Positions 20,937 through 30,553 of a stretch of DNA of 64,000 nt are shown in pieces. The DNA is taken from positions 1,665,160 to 1,729,159 of the forward strand of contig CP070758.1 of assembly GCA_020348925.1 (NCBI GenBank), in the 5' to 3' direction. Below the pieces are notes generated by a model. That model had not been told where the DNA came from. It did not search any database and saw nothing but the letters and a program-made list of their open reading frames with translations. How positions within the stretch are numbered: position 1 is the first letter of the stretch; each line of letters begins with the position of its first letter. Source of the DNA: Gemmatimonadota bacterium (GTDB lineage Bacteria; JBHIER01; G020348925). The position numbers were made by a program, and so were the translations under genes.

Positions 20937-21440
20937 TTGTTAGACAGAGACGTTCTGGTTTTGAATCAGAACTATGAGCCACTCAGCGTATGCAGCGCCA
21001 AGCGGGCCATCATCTTAGTCTTTTTGGGAAAGGCGGAAATCATTGAACACCATGATTTGTCAGTACGTTCAATTTCACGGTCCTTTCCATTGCCCAGCGT
21101 GGTGCGTCTGATCCTCTATATCCAAATCCCCAGAAAAGGCGTCATCTTATCCCGAAGGAACGTGATTAAAAGGGATGGCCATAGGTGCCAGTATTGCAGC
21201 ACAACCCAGGGGGCCATGACGGTGGATCATGTTATTCCCAAAACCCTTGGAGGAAAGGACAGCTGGGACAATCTCGTGTGTGCGTGCATCGGCTGCAATA
21301 ACAAGAAAGGAAATCGGACGCCGGAACAGGCACATTTGCAACTTATACGCCAGCCTCGCGTGCCCAACCGGATCACCTTTATTCAACACTTCATAGGCAT
21401 TGCGGATGCTCGTTGGCGTCCGTACCTTTTTCTCAGCTGA
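20937..21440 (+). CDS. HNH endonuclease
   Basis: C-terminal DGHRCQYC...DHVIPK..GG.D.WDNLV.AC..CN.KKG HNH motif. I chose the TTG at 20937 because it has a good SD and lies downstream of the promoter. The ORF track starts further upstream at 20706. Confidence 0.75.
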   Translation: MLDRDVLVLNQNYEPLSVCSAKRAIILVFLGKAEIIEHHDLSVRSISRSFPLPSVVRLILYIQIPRKGVILSRRNVIKRDGHRCQYCSTTQGAMTVDHVIPKTLGGKDSWDNLVCACIGCNNKKGNRTPEQAHLQLIRQPRVPNRITFIQHFIGIADARWRPYLFLS

Positions 21441-21444
21441 AACT

Positions 21445-22185
21445 ATGGAAAACAGAAGTACAGAATCACAATCCGGCTATAAGGTCCGTCTTGAAAACTT
21501 TGAGGGGCCTTTGGATCTCTTGCTCTTTTTGATTAAACAACAGGAGATAGACATCTACGATATTCCTATAGCGTCGATTACGAAGCAATATCTCGATTAC
21601 ATTGGGCTCATGCAATCCCTGGATCTTGAAGTGGCGGGCGAATATCTCGTCATGGCAGCGACGCTGCTTTTGATCAAGTCGAGAATGCTTCTCCCTCAGG
21701 AAATGGTCGATGAGGACGTCGAAGGGGATGATCCACGACAGGAGCTCGTGCAAAGACTTTTGGAATATCAACAGTATAAGGAGGTTGCCACCTCCCTGTC
21801 AGACAGAGAGGAGGAACAGCGCCATGTGTTTCTAAGACAATCCTGTCCTCCTGAGGAAGAGGGGGAAGGTCTGGAAGCTTTCCAAAAGGTGACGCTCTTT
21901 GATCTGCTTTCAGCCTTTCGCCAGGCCCTGCAAAGGATCTCTGAACCGTCATTTTATCCGATCCATAGAAACGCGCTCTCGGTTGAGGACAAGATAGAGG
22001 AGATCTCGCAGCGCCTCTCGCGACAGGGGAAGATCCTCTTTGTGGATCTCCTCGCCTCCGATGCCACACGAGCTGCTCTGGTGGTGACATTTATTGCACT
22101 CTTGGAAATGATACGAAAGAGAAGCGTTATTATCAAACAGACGAAACTCTTCGGTGATATCTGGTTGTTTCGCCCTGAGTCCTAA
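21445..22185 (+). CDS. scpA: segregation and condensation protein A
   Basis: YKVRLENFEGPLDLLLFLIKQQEIDIYDIPI is the canonical ScpA N-terminus. Start ambiguous (TTG 21400, ATG 21406 or ATG 21445). Confidence 0.85.
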   Translation: MENRSTESQSGYKVRLENFEGPLDLLLFLIKQQEIDIYDIPIASITKQYLDYIGLMQSLDLEVAGEYLVMAATLLLIKSRMLLPQEMVDEDVEGDDPRQELVQRLLEYQQYKEVATSLSDREEEQRHVFLRQSCPPEEEGEGLEAFQKVTLFDLLSAFRQALQRISEPSFYPIHRNALSVEDKIEEISQRLSRQGKILFVDLLASDATRAALVVTFIALLEMIRKRSVIIKQTKLFGDIWLFRPES

Positions 22186-22227
22186 ATAGAGAGCAGTGCT
22201 CTTCAATTTTCAGAATACGAAGCGTCC

Positions 22228-22824
22228 ATGGAGACTCAAAACATAAAACCGATTGTGGAAGCCATTCTTTTTTCTTCGGATGCTCCTGTCCCGCTGGAAA
22301 AGTTACGATCCATTATTGAGACGGCAGGGACACGACAGATTCAAGAGAGTATTAAGCTTTTAAACGGAGAATACGGGGCAGAAGGCAGGTCCTTTCATAT
22401 TATCGAAGTGGCCGGGGGGTTTCAATTTGCAACGCATCCCAGATACGCCTCCTGGATTAAGAAACTATTTCGGGGGAGACGGTTACCTCGTTTATCTCAA
22501 GCTGCTCTCGAAAGTTTGGCCATAATTGCTTTCAAAGGACCGATCATTCGGGCTGAGATCGAGGCCATACGAGGAGTTAATGTGGAAGGTGTTTTAAAAA
22601 CACTTCTTGAGCGTAATCTCATTACTGTCATGGGCAGGCAGCACGCCCCGGGCAGACCGTTGTTGTACGGTACAACGCAGGACTTCTTGATCTATTTTGG
22701 TATCAATTCGCTGTCGGATCTTCCCCAGCCGAAGGAGCTGGAGGAAATCATGAGCCAGGAACAGGACCTTTTTGACCGAGAGGAGGTATTGGTCAGCACG
22801 GAAGAGAAGCATGCGTCTCAATAA
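22228..22824 (+). CDS. scpB: segregation and condensation protein B
   Basis: IVEAILFSSDAPV...LNGEY, 198 aa, winged-helix ScpB pattern. Confidence 0.85.
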   Translation: METQNIKPIVEAILFSSDAPVPLEKLRSIIETAGTRQIQESIKLLNGEYGAEGRSFHIIEVAGGFQFATHPRYASWIKKLFRGRRLPRLSQAALESLAIIAFKGPIIRAEIEAIRGVNVEGVLKTLLERNLITVMGRQHAPGRPLLYGTTQDFLIYFGINSLSDLPQPKELEEIMSQEQDLFDREEVLVSTEEKHASQ

Positions 22825-23548
22825 ATATTTGGCTTTTCACGGAGTGGGAGCCCGAAGAACGTGCGACGAGTTCATCCGGGAAGGACGAATACGGGTGAAC
22901 GGGTGCGTAGTCAGGGAGCTTGGCACTCAGGTGAAGGTGGGACAGGACAGGGTAGAGGTGGACGGGAAGCGTCTGGAGTTGACCCGTAGGTTGGTCTATA
23001 TTCTGCTGAACAAGCCCGCCGGATATGTTGTTACGGCAAAGGATCCGCGACACAGACCAACCGTTTTTGATTTTCTCAAGGATATTGAACAACGGGTATT
23101 TCCCGTCGGTCGGCTCGATCTGGATGTTCAGGGTCTGCTGTTGCTCACCAATGACGGTGCGCTGAGCTTTCGATTGATGCATCCACGTTTTCAGGTGGAG
23201 AAGGTGTATAGGGTGGTGGTGGAGGGAAGACCTGAGGGGGAAATCCTGCGGTCGATTCGGTCAGGCCTTCGGTTGGACGATGGTCCCACTGCTCCCGCTG
23301 ACGTGAAACAGATAGGTGGTGATGATAGGGCGACGATGTTTGAAATGAGAATGCATGAGGGCAGGAAGAGGCAAATTAAAAGAATGTGGTCGGCCCTGGG
23401 CCATCCTGTCCTTGCGTTGGAGAGAATCTCCTTTGCGGGTTTGACGACGAAAGGCTTGGCCCAGGGTGAGTGGAGATTTCTGGAGCGTGAGGAGATCGAG
23501 AAGCTCAAGGAGCGCGCCGGCCTCCTCAGGGAGGTGTCAGTGGAATGA
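22811..23548 (+). CDS. RsuA/RluB-family pseudouridine synthase (S4 domain plus catalytic domain)
   Basis: MRLNKYLA S4-like N-terminus and a VGRLDLDVQGLLLLTNDG catalytic Asp motif. Overlaps scpB by 14 nt. Confidence 0.8.
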   Translation: MRLNKYLAFHGVGARRTCDEFIREGRIRVNGCVVRELGTQVKVGQDRVEVDGKRLELTRRLVYILLNKPAGYVVTAKDPRHRPTVFDFLKDIEQRVFPVGRLDLDVQGLLLLTNDGALSFRLMHPRFQVEKVYRVVVEGRPEGEILRSIRSGLRLDDGPTAPADVKQIGGDDRATMFEMRMHEGRKRQIKRMWSALGHPVLALERISFAGLTTKGLAQGEWRFLEREEIEKLKERAGLLREVSVE

Positions 23549-24240
23549 AGGGTCCCATTATTGCTATCGACGGAACGGCAGCTTCCGGAAAGAGTACGAC
23601 AGCTCGGAAAGTTGCCGAACACTTTCATTATGTCTGCGTTGATACTGGGGCGATGTATCGAGCCGTGACGTTGAAAGCATTACGACAAGGCATCGACATG
23701 AGAGACCGGTCGGCATTGGCCAAGATGGTCAGGGATACCAATATTGCTTTTGAGCCCAAGAATGGATCCGTGCGGATCTTGTGTGATCATGAGGATGTGA
23801 CGGAGAAGATCCGCATGCCTGACGTGACGAGAAACGTTTCAGCCGTTTCCGAGGTGAAGGAGGTGAGGGAAGCGCTGGTGCTCAAACAGAGGGAGTTGGG
23901 TCGCGAGGGAGGGGTCGTCATGGAGGGGCGTGACATTGGAACGGTCGTGTTTCCACAGGCTGATGTCAAAGTATTCATGGATGCCGATGTCCAAGAGCGG
24001 GCCAGGCGAAGGGGCCGCGAATATGAGGACAGGGGAATACAGGCCAAGTCGACGGAGCTTACCCATGCAATCCAAGAAAGAGATACGTGGGATAGCTCGC
24101 GGATACACAGTCCTATGCGCAAGGCCGCTGATGCTCAATACGTCGATACGACTCAGCTGACGATTGAGGAACAGGTTTCGATTCTTATCAAAAAGGTTGA
24201 ACATGTTCTCAAACAAAACGAAAAGGAGCGTTTGGAATAA
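23545..24240 (+). CDS. cmk: cytidylate kinase
   Basis: IIAIDGTAASGKST P-loop and the DTGAMYRA motif. Confidence 0.9.
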   Translation: MKGPIIAIDGTAASGKSTTARKVAEHFHYVCVDTGAMYRAVTLKALRQGIDMRDRSALAKMVRDTNIAFEPKNGSVRILCDHEDVTEKIRMPDVTRNVSAVSEVKEVREALVLKQRELGREGGVVMEGRDIGTVVFPQADVKVFMDADVQERARRRGREYEDRGIQAKSTELTHAIQERDTWDSSRIHSPMRKAADAQYVDTTQLTIEEQVSILIKKVEHVLKQNEKERLE

Positions 24241-25125
24241 ATGCGGGTTCTTGTCGCTGAAAATTCAGGTTTTTGCTTCGGAGTGAAGCGAGCCATAAAC
24301 ATGGCCTTTGAGGCGGTTGAGAATGACAAAGGACCTGCCTACACCTTGGGACCAATTATTCACAACCCGCAGATGGTGGCCAAAATGAAAAAATCGGGCA
24401 TCCGTGTTGTCGATGACATTTCCGAGCTGTGGAGGGAGACGCTCATCATCCGATCGCACGGTGTCAGTCCTCTGGTTCTTCAAGAAGCGAAGCGGAGGGA
24501 GTTGCGAGTCGTTGATGCGACCTGTCCTTTTGTGAGAAAGTCACAAATGTACGCCCAGTCCCTCTTGAAAGAAGGGTACCAAGTGGCCATTGTTGGGGAT
24601 CCCGATCATCCTGAAGTCGAGGGGCTCTTGGGGTACACGAAAGACACGGCTCTCGTTCTCAGCGAGGAGAGCCATCTGAACCGGCTGGAGCTTGGTCATC
24701 GGATAGGGGTCATTGCACAAACGACCATCTCGCTCGATCATTTTCAAAACATTGTCGATCGATTAAAGACGAAGACGCGTGAGTTAAAGGTCTATAATAC
24801 GATCTGTGACTCTGTTGTAACTCGCCAGAGATCTACAGCTGAGCTGGCCAAAAAAGCTGATGCGATGGTTGTTATCGGAGGGAAAAACAGTGCCAATACG
24901 GCTCGATTGGCCCACCTCTGCCGGGACCTCTGCCGGACGACGTATCATGTGGAAACGGCCGAAGAAGTCCAAGCGGATTGGTTCCACCGCATCGATGTTG
25001 TCGGTGTGACCGCCGGGACGTCGACACCGGATTGGATCATCAAAGAAATTCTTGATCGTATTCATGAAATACAAGATATCTGTTATGATGGTGAGACCAT
25101 AGAGACACTACTGCCTTCACGATAA
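24241..25125 (+). CDS. ispH: 4-hydroxy-3-methylbut-2-enyl diphosphate reductase
   Basis: GFCFGVKRAI...HN, three conserved Cys regions, 294 aa. Start abuts the cmk stop. Confidence 0.9.
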   Translation: MRVLVAENSGFCFGVKRAINMAFEAVENDKGPAYTLGPIIHNPQMVAKMKKSGIRVVDDISELWRETLIIRSHGVSPLVLQEAKRRELRVVDATCPFVRKSQMYAQSLLKEGYQVAIVGDPDHPEVEGLLGYTKDTALVLSEESHLNRLELGHRIGVIAQTTISLDHFQNIVDRLKTKTRELKVYNTICDSVVTRQRSTAELAKKADAMVVIGGKNSANTARLAHLCRDLCRTTYHVETAEEVQADWFHRIDVVGVTAGTSTPDWIIKEILDRIHEIQDICYDGETIETLLPSR

Positions 25126-25158
25126 GGCAAATTCTATAGATAAAGGAGGAACAGTTTT

Positions 25159-27393
25159 ATGTTCGAGGATACGTTGCATGTGAACGAAGCTTCCGAGAAA
25201 GATGCACGCAAGGAGGTGAAAACAGATGATGCGGTCTCGGAAGACAGTGGGACGACCGTTTCTGGCGACGGGATATCTGCCGACAAGGTCCCGACGACCG
25301 ATGGTCAGGAGGCACAGCGGCCCCGGCGGAAAGTTCAGAAAATGACTGTGGAAGAGGCGCTCTCCGAACAAACCGCCGAGCTTGAGCGCACCTCTGAGCA
25401 GGCGGTCCCACAAACTGCCCGGGTGTTTTTACCGATCAATGTTGTGGATGAGGAAGCTCCTCCCTCAGAGGATTTCCATCAGATGCTCGCGCTGTACGAG
25501 AACACCCTGAAGCCCTTTGAGGAGGGTGAAATTGTCAAAGGAAAGATTCTCCAAGTCGACGAGAAGGAAGTGGTTGTTGATGTGGGATTCAAGTCGGAAG
25601 GAGCCATTCCCCTCGGAGAATTCGGTGAGCCGCTCAATATTCAAGTAGGCGATGAAATTGAGGTGTTCCTGGAAAACATTGAAAACCAGGACGGCCAGGT
25701 CGTCTTATCCAAACTGAAGGCCGATTTCATGAAGGTCTGGGACAGAATAAAATTGGCCTTTGAAAACGAAGAGGTCGTTGAGGGAAAACTGCTGCGACGG
25801 ATTAAAGGTGGTATTGTCGTCGATCTTTTCGGTGTCGATGCTTTTTTGCCAGGGTCACAGATCGACATTAAACAGGTCAAGGATTTCGATCAGTATATCG
25901 GTCATGCCATGGCTTTTAAGATTATTAAGTTGAACAAAACACGGCGCAATATCGTCATTTCCAGACGCGTTGTCCTTGAAGAGGAGAGAGCTCGGCGGCG
26001 GGAACAGATTCTTGCCGAACTGGAGAAGGACCAGGTTCGCGAGGGTATTGTCAAAAACATTACGGACTTCGGTGCCTTCATCGATCTCGGAGGGGTTGAT
26101 GGATTGCTTCATATAACGGATATGTCGTGGGGGAGAGTGAGTCATCCCTCCGAAATGTTGGCCATCGGCGATAAAATAAACGTGAAGGTCCTCGACTTTG
26201 CTGAGAATAAGGAACGTATTTCACTTGGGTTGAAACAGCTCACACCATATCCCTGGGAAAACATTGAGGAGAAATACCCCGTAGGAAATCGGGTCCGCGG
26301 GACGGTGGTGAGTATTGCTGATTACGGTGCTTTCGTAGAGCTTGAGAAGGGAGTCGAAGGACTGATCCATATCTCCGAAATGTCGTGGACGCAGCATATA
26401 CGACATCCATCCAAAATGGTTGCTATCGGTGATGTTGTAGAGACCGTCGTGCTGAGCGTGGATAAGGACGGAAAGAAAATCTCCCTGGGTCTTAAGCAAA
26501 TCGAACCGGATCCGTGGGAAGCACTGGACGAAAAATATCCGGTGGGCAGCCGAATTACTGGGAGGGTGCGCAATCTTACCCCCTTCGGTGCGTTTGTCGA
26601 AGTCGAGGAGGGTATCGACGGTCTCGTTCATATCTCCGATATGTCATGGACGAAGCGCATTCGCTATCCCAGTGAAGTGATGAGAAAAGGCGATCGTGTA
26701 GAAGTGGTCGTGCTTAAAATCGATAAAGAGAACAGAAGAATATCCTTGGGCTACAAGCAGACCGAGGAAGATCCGTGGGATACCCTCGCAGAGGATTACG
26801 CTCAGGGGAACGAAGTGGAAGGGGTCATCGCAAAAATTTTGGAAAAGGGGTTGGTCGTTAATCTGCCGAAAGATGTGGAAGGATTTGTCCCAATGTCCCA
26901 ACTCAATGAACCCATCAGGAGAATGCACGAGGTCTTTTCGGAGGGGGAAACCATTCCTCTCAAGGTGATCAAGTTTGATCGACAGAACAGGCGTATTGTC
27001 CTGAGCGTCAAGGCATATTTTGAAGATAAGGAACGCAATGAGCTCGATGACTTTGTGAAGCGTCATCCCCGGAAAGCAATAAAAGTAACCGATCATGTTG
27101 AGAAACAGGAGGTTATGGCTGCTCCTGCCAAGGAGAAGGAAACATATAAAGAGGTGAAGACCGAAGCGGAGACGCAAGACGCTGACGAGGAGACCGGTCC
27201 TGAGGGGGAGAAACAGGAGGCAGCCCGTGTTTCGGGTACAGAGGCGACGGAGCCGAAAGCTGCTGTTGCCACGGAATCCAGAACCGATAGTGAAACGTCT
27301 CCAACAGGACAAGCCGACAGTCCTGAGGAACAGACAGAGGCTCGTTCTGAAGTTGAAGAACCCACGGAGGATCAACACAAAGCGGATTCATAA
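25159..27393 (+). CDS. rpsA: 30S ribosomal protein S1 with acidic N- and C-terminal extensions
   Basis: Six S1 repeats (GEIVKGKI, GIVKNITDFGAFIDLGG and further repeats). Strong SD AAAGGAGGA 8 nt before the ATG. 744 aa, versus about 560 aa for a typical S1. Confidence 0.9.
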   Translation: MFEDTLHVNEASEKDARKEVKTDDAVSEDSGTTVSGDGISADKVPTTDGQEAQRPRRKVQKMTVEEALSEQTAELERTSEQAVPQTARVFLPINVVDEEAPPSEDFHQMLALYENTLKPFEEGEIVKGKILQVDEKEVVVDVGFKSEGAIPLGEFGEPLNIQVGDEIEVFLENIENQDGQVVLSKLKADFMKVWDRIKLAFENEEVVEGKLLRRIKGGIVVDLFGVDAFLPGSQIDIKQVKDFDQYIGHAMAFKIIKLNKTRRNIVISRRVVLEEERARRREQILAELEKDQVREGIVKNITDFGAFIDLGGVDGLLHITDMSWGRVSHPSEMLAIGDKINVKVLDFAENKERISLGLKQLTPYPWENIEEKYPVGNRVRGTVVSIADYGAFVELEKGVEGLIHISEMSWTQHIRHPSKMVAIGDVVETVVLSVDKDGKKISLGLKQIEPDPWEALDEKYPVGSRITGRVRNLTPFGAFVEVEEGIDGLVHISDMSWTKRIRYPSEVMRKGDRVEVVVLKIDKENRRISLGYKQTEEDPWDTLAEDYAQGNEVEGVIAKILEKGLVVNLPKDVEGFVPMSQLNEPIRRMHEVFSEGETIPLKVIKFDRQNRRIVLSVKAYFEDKERNELDDFVKRHPRKAIKVTDHVEKQEVMAAPAKEKETYKEVKTEAETQDADEETGPEGEKQEAARVSGTEATEPKAAVATESRTDSETSPTGQADSPEEQTEARSEVEEPTEDQHKADS

Positions 27394-27414
27394 GGTTCAG
27401 ACTTTATTCAGATC

Positions 27415-28728
27415 ATGCCGACAGCTGCTTTCCATACGCTGGGTTGTAAACTCAACCAATATGAAACCGAGGCTCTGCGGGAGCAATTTGAGACACAGGG
27501 TTACACTGTGGTCCCCTTTTCGTCGGTGGCCGATGTTTACGTGGTTAATACATGCACAGTTACGGCGAAAAGTGATCGAAGTTCCCGAAAGGCAATCTAC
27601 CAGGCGCTGCGCCGTGCTCCTGGGGCTCGTATCGTGGCGACCGGATGCTCCGCCGAACTGTTTCCGCAGTCTTTTGCTGACATACCAGGGGTCGACCTGG
27701 TTGTCAGCAACAAGAGGAAAGGTAAGGTGTACGAAACATTGACTCAGACGCTGTCACAGGATGTGGTCCTGTCTCACGATTCGAAACCTGAATCCATTGA
27801 TGAGAACGGCTGGTTCGACATCTCTCGATTTCGAAATTACTCCCGTGCTTTTCTGAAAATTCAAGACGGATGCAATGCGCGCTGTTCCTATTGTGTTGTC
27901 CCTTTTGCACGAGGAGGTTCCCGAAGTCGGCCGCTTCAGAGCATTCTCTCTCAGAGCCACCAATTGATTGATTCGGGCTATAAAGAGATCGTGTTGACAG
28001 GTGTTCATCTTGGAGCATACGGGGCTGATTTTTCCGAAGAGATTTCACTCGCGGATGTCCTCGAAGCCCTGATCGATATCGAACAGCTGTGGCGTGTGCG
28101 GCTCAGCTCCATAGAGCCGATGGAGTGCTCTCCACGACTCGTCGATGTTATCGCCTCTTCGTCTAAAATATGTCGACACGTCCACATCCCTCTTCAGAGC
28201 GGAGACGACAGGATACTGAAAAGGATGAACCGGAATTACACCACGAAAGATTACCTTGATGTCATCGAAACGCTTGTCGCACACATTCCCGATATCGGGA
28301 TTGGTTCGGATGTGATGGTGGGATTTCCGGGGGAGACCGATTCCCACTTTCACCAGTCATTTCAATTTGTGAAAGAGTTGCCTCTCTCATATTTTCACGT
28401 CTTCAGCTACTCCAGGCGACCGAAAACATCGGCGGCACAATATCGTGAACACGTTCCTGACGAGGTGAAAAAGGACCGAAGTGCAATCTTTCGACAGCTC
28501 AGATCTGAGAAAATGGATCAGTTTCGGAGACGATTTATCGGGGATTGTTTGGACGTTTTATTTGAGTATCGGCGTGATCAGCAGACGGGCATGCTCACCG
28601 GTCTGTCCGACAATTATATTCGGGTTAAAGCGGACGGACCCGATTGCCTTCAGGGCGAGCCTGTCACAGTCCACATCCACGATGTCGCAGGTGAACAGAC
28701 GTATGGGTCAGTGGTGAAAGTGAATTGA
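27415..28728 (+). CDS. MiaB-like tRNA methylthiotransferase (MtaB-type, radical SAM plus TRAM)
   Basis: N-terminal MTTase domain (HTLGCKLNQYE), a CxxxCxxC radical-SAM cluster (CNARCSYC) and a C-terminal TRAM domain. Confidence 0.8.
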   Translation: MPTAAFHTLGCKLNQYETEALREQFETQGYTVVPFSSVADVYVVNTCTVTAKSDRSSRKAIYQALRRAPGARIVATGCSAELFPQSFADIPGVDLVVSNKRKGKVYETLTQTLSQDVVLSHDSKPESIDENGWFDISRFRNYSRAFLKIQDGCNARCSYCVVPFARGGSRSRPLQSILSQSHQLIDSGYKEIVLTGVHLGAYGADFSEEISLADVLEALIDIEQLWRVRLSSIEPMECSPRLVDVIASSSKICRHVHIPLQSGDDRILKRMNRNYTTKDYLDVIETLVAHIPDIGIGSDVMVGFPGETDSHFHQSFQFVKELPLSYFHVFSYSRRPKTSAAQYREHVPDEVKKDRSAIFRQLRSEKMDQFRRRFIGDCLDVLFEYRRDQQTGMLTGLSDNYIRVKADGPDCLQGEPVTVHIHDVAGEQTYGSVVKVN

Positions 28729-28772
28729 ATGACTGCCCCTGACATTTCTCGTCCAGTCATAACACTTAAAAA

Positions 28773-28800
28773 GTGACTGCCGCGCGCGGTCACTTTTTTA
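28773..28800 (+). terminator. rho-independent terminator after the mtaB-like gene
   Basis: GTGACTGCCGCGCGCGGTCAC hairpin followed by TTTTTTATT. Confidence 0.65.
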
Positions 28801-28829
28801 TTGACAAAGATTTCTCGTCATGCTATTTT
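28801..28829 (+). promoter_or_regulatory. sigma70-like promoter for miaB
   Basis: TTGACA, 17-nt spacer, TATTTT, immediately after the terminator. Confidence 0.5.
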
Positions 28830-28866
28830 GATAGAACTTCCTGATCTTGTGGAGGCACCGTTTCGA

Positions 28867-30186
28867 ATGAATGGAATTTTTTATATTGAAACATACGGTT
28901 GTCAGATGAATAAGTACGATTCCGAACTGATGGCAGGTCTTCTGGCGAGCAAGGGGTACGGACAGGCTTTCGATATGGAAAAGGCAGATATTGTGTTGAT
29001 CAATGCCTGCACTGTCCGGGATCATGCGGAACAACGCGTATTCGGCAGGCTGGGAGAATTGAAACGTTTCAAGGACAATAATCCGAACCTCATCGTAGGG
29101 CTCTGCGGTTGCATGGCCCAACGCCTGGGAACTGAAATATTTCACAGGGCTCCACACGTTGATTTGATCGTCGGTCCGGATATGTATCGCCGATTGCCCG
29201 AACTCATTCAAAGGCTCAATGGCAGACCCACCTGCGATGTCACGCCCAATACGCGAGAAACGTATACGAATATTACTCCTGAGAGGGGAACGCGATTGAA
29301 AGCCTGGGTGGCCATCATGCGGGGTTGCGACAATGATTGTTCGTACTGCATCGTTCCCTCTGTGCGAGGTCCGGCCCGAAGTCGACCCTTGAGCGACATC
29401 TCACATGAGGTCAACAGACTGGTCCGAGAGGGGTGTCGGGATGTGACGTTATTGGGGCAAAATGTGAACGCGTATCGGCACGACGGAATTGGATTCGGGG
29501 GGGTGCTCCGGCGTTTGAACATGGTCGATGGAAATTTCCGGATGCGGTTCACAACCTCCCATCCGAAAGATATGTCTCGTGAGATTATTGATGCCATTGC
29601 AGAGGGTGGTCACATTTGCGAACACATCCATCTTCCCCTCCAATCCGGATCGACTCGAATATTGAAGGCCATGAGGAGACACTATACTGCTGAAGAGTAT
29701 GTCAATGTCGTGAGGGCGATCCGGGAAGCCATTCCCGGTGTGAGTATTTCAACTGATGTGATCGTAGGATTTCCGGGAGAAACCGAGAGGGATTATGAGG
29801 CGACAGTGAGCATGGTTGAGAGCATCAAGTTTGACTCGGCATTTACCTTTCGATATTCGCCTCGGCCAAATACGGATGCCACTCGACTCGATGACAATGT
29901 TCCCGAAGCTGAAAAAGGCGCCCGATTGGAGCATCTCATTTCCGTACAACGCACGATTACGGACCAGAAAAACAAAGAACTCGTGGGACAGGAAGTTGAG
30001 GTGTTGGTGGAGGGGGAAAGTCGGAAAGGGGGTGGGCAGTTGATGGGGAGGACACGGACGGACAAAACAGTTGTCTTTGAGGGTGATCTAAAACTTGTTG
30101 GAACCTGTATTCCAATCCGAATAGATCGAGCGAAGGGATGGACGCTATGGGGAAAACGCATCGAAACAACTACTTCATTCTCATGA
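28867..30186 (+). CDS. miaB: tRNA-2-methylthio-N6-dimethylallyladenosine synthase
   Basis: IETYGCQMN MTTase N-terminus, CDNDCSYC radical-SAM motif and a TRAM C-terminus. GGAGG SD. The ORF track start at 28801 falls inside the promoter, so I used the ATG at 28867. Confidence 0.85.
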   Translation: MNGIFYIETYGCQMNKYDSELMAGLLASKGYGQAFDMEKADIVLINACTVRDHAEQRVFGRLGELKRFKDNNPNLIVGLCGCMAQRLGTEIFHRAPHVDLIVGPDMYRRLPELIQRLNGRPTCDVTPNTRETYTNITPERGTRLKAWVAIMRGCDNDCSYCIVPSVRGPARSRPLSDISHEVNRLVREGCRDVTLLGQNVNAYRHDGIGFGGVLRRLNMVDGNFRMRFTTSHPKDMSREIIDAIAEGGHICEHIHLPLQSGSTRILKAMRRHYTAEEYVNVVRAIREAIPGVSISTDVIVGFPGETERDYEATVSMVESIKFDSAFTFRYSPRPNTDATRLDDNVPEAEKGARLEHLISVQRTITDQKNKELVGQEVEVLVEGESRKGGGQLMGRTRTDKTVVFEGDLKLVGTCIPIRIDRAKGWTLWGKRIETTTSFS

Positions 30187-30202
30187 AAGAGGAGGCTGAC
30201 CC

Positions 30203-30532
30203 ATGTGGATTGTTCGATGGATTTTAATCGCAGTTGTCATCGTGCTGATCCTGTTGTTTTCACTTCAGAATCAGGCACAGCAGGTATCCGTCAACATCGG
30301 TTATTGGACAAGCCCGGAGATACCCCTTTATTTCGCCCTGTTTATCGCTTTTGTCATAGGTCTTTTTGTCTGGTTCATCGTAGCCACGTTTCAGATTTTA
30401 CAACTCAAGTCCCACATCAAATCGTGTCGGCGGGACAACAAAAAGCTTCAAGACGAATTGACAGCTCTCAGAAATCTTCCCTTGGAAGAACCTGAAGAGA
30501 AACCACAACCGGACGACCAATCAGGGCAATAG
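30203..30532 (+). CDS. LapA-like (DUF1049) inner-membrane protein
   Basis: Two TM helices followed by a coiled-coil tail. Lies immediately before the lapB-like gene, as in LPS-assembly lapAB pairs. Confidence 0.6.
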   Translation: MWIVRWILIAVVIVLILLFSLQNQAQQVSVNIGYWTSPEIPLYFALFIAFVIGLFVWFIVATFQILQLKSHIKSCRRDNKKLQDELTALRNLPLEEPEEKPQPDDQSGQ

Positions 30533-30553
30533 TCTCACGTGAGGGAGATCGTA

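Noticed and set aside
26644-27378. 244-aa ORF on the minus strand inside rpsA
   Set aside because: Antisense to the S1 gene, with a Leu/Phe/Arg-rich low-complexity product and no RBS.
25483-27393. Alternative downstream start for rpsA at the Met aligning with the E. coli S1 N-terminus
   Set aside because: The upstream ATG at 25159 has a much stronger SD (AAAGGAGGA, 8-nt spacer). Kept the long form but flagged the extension.
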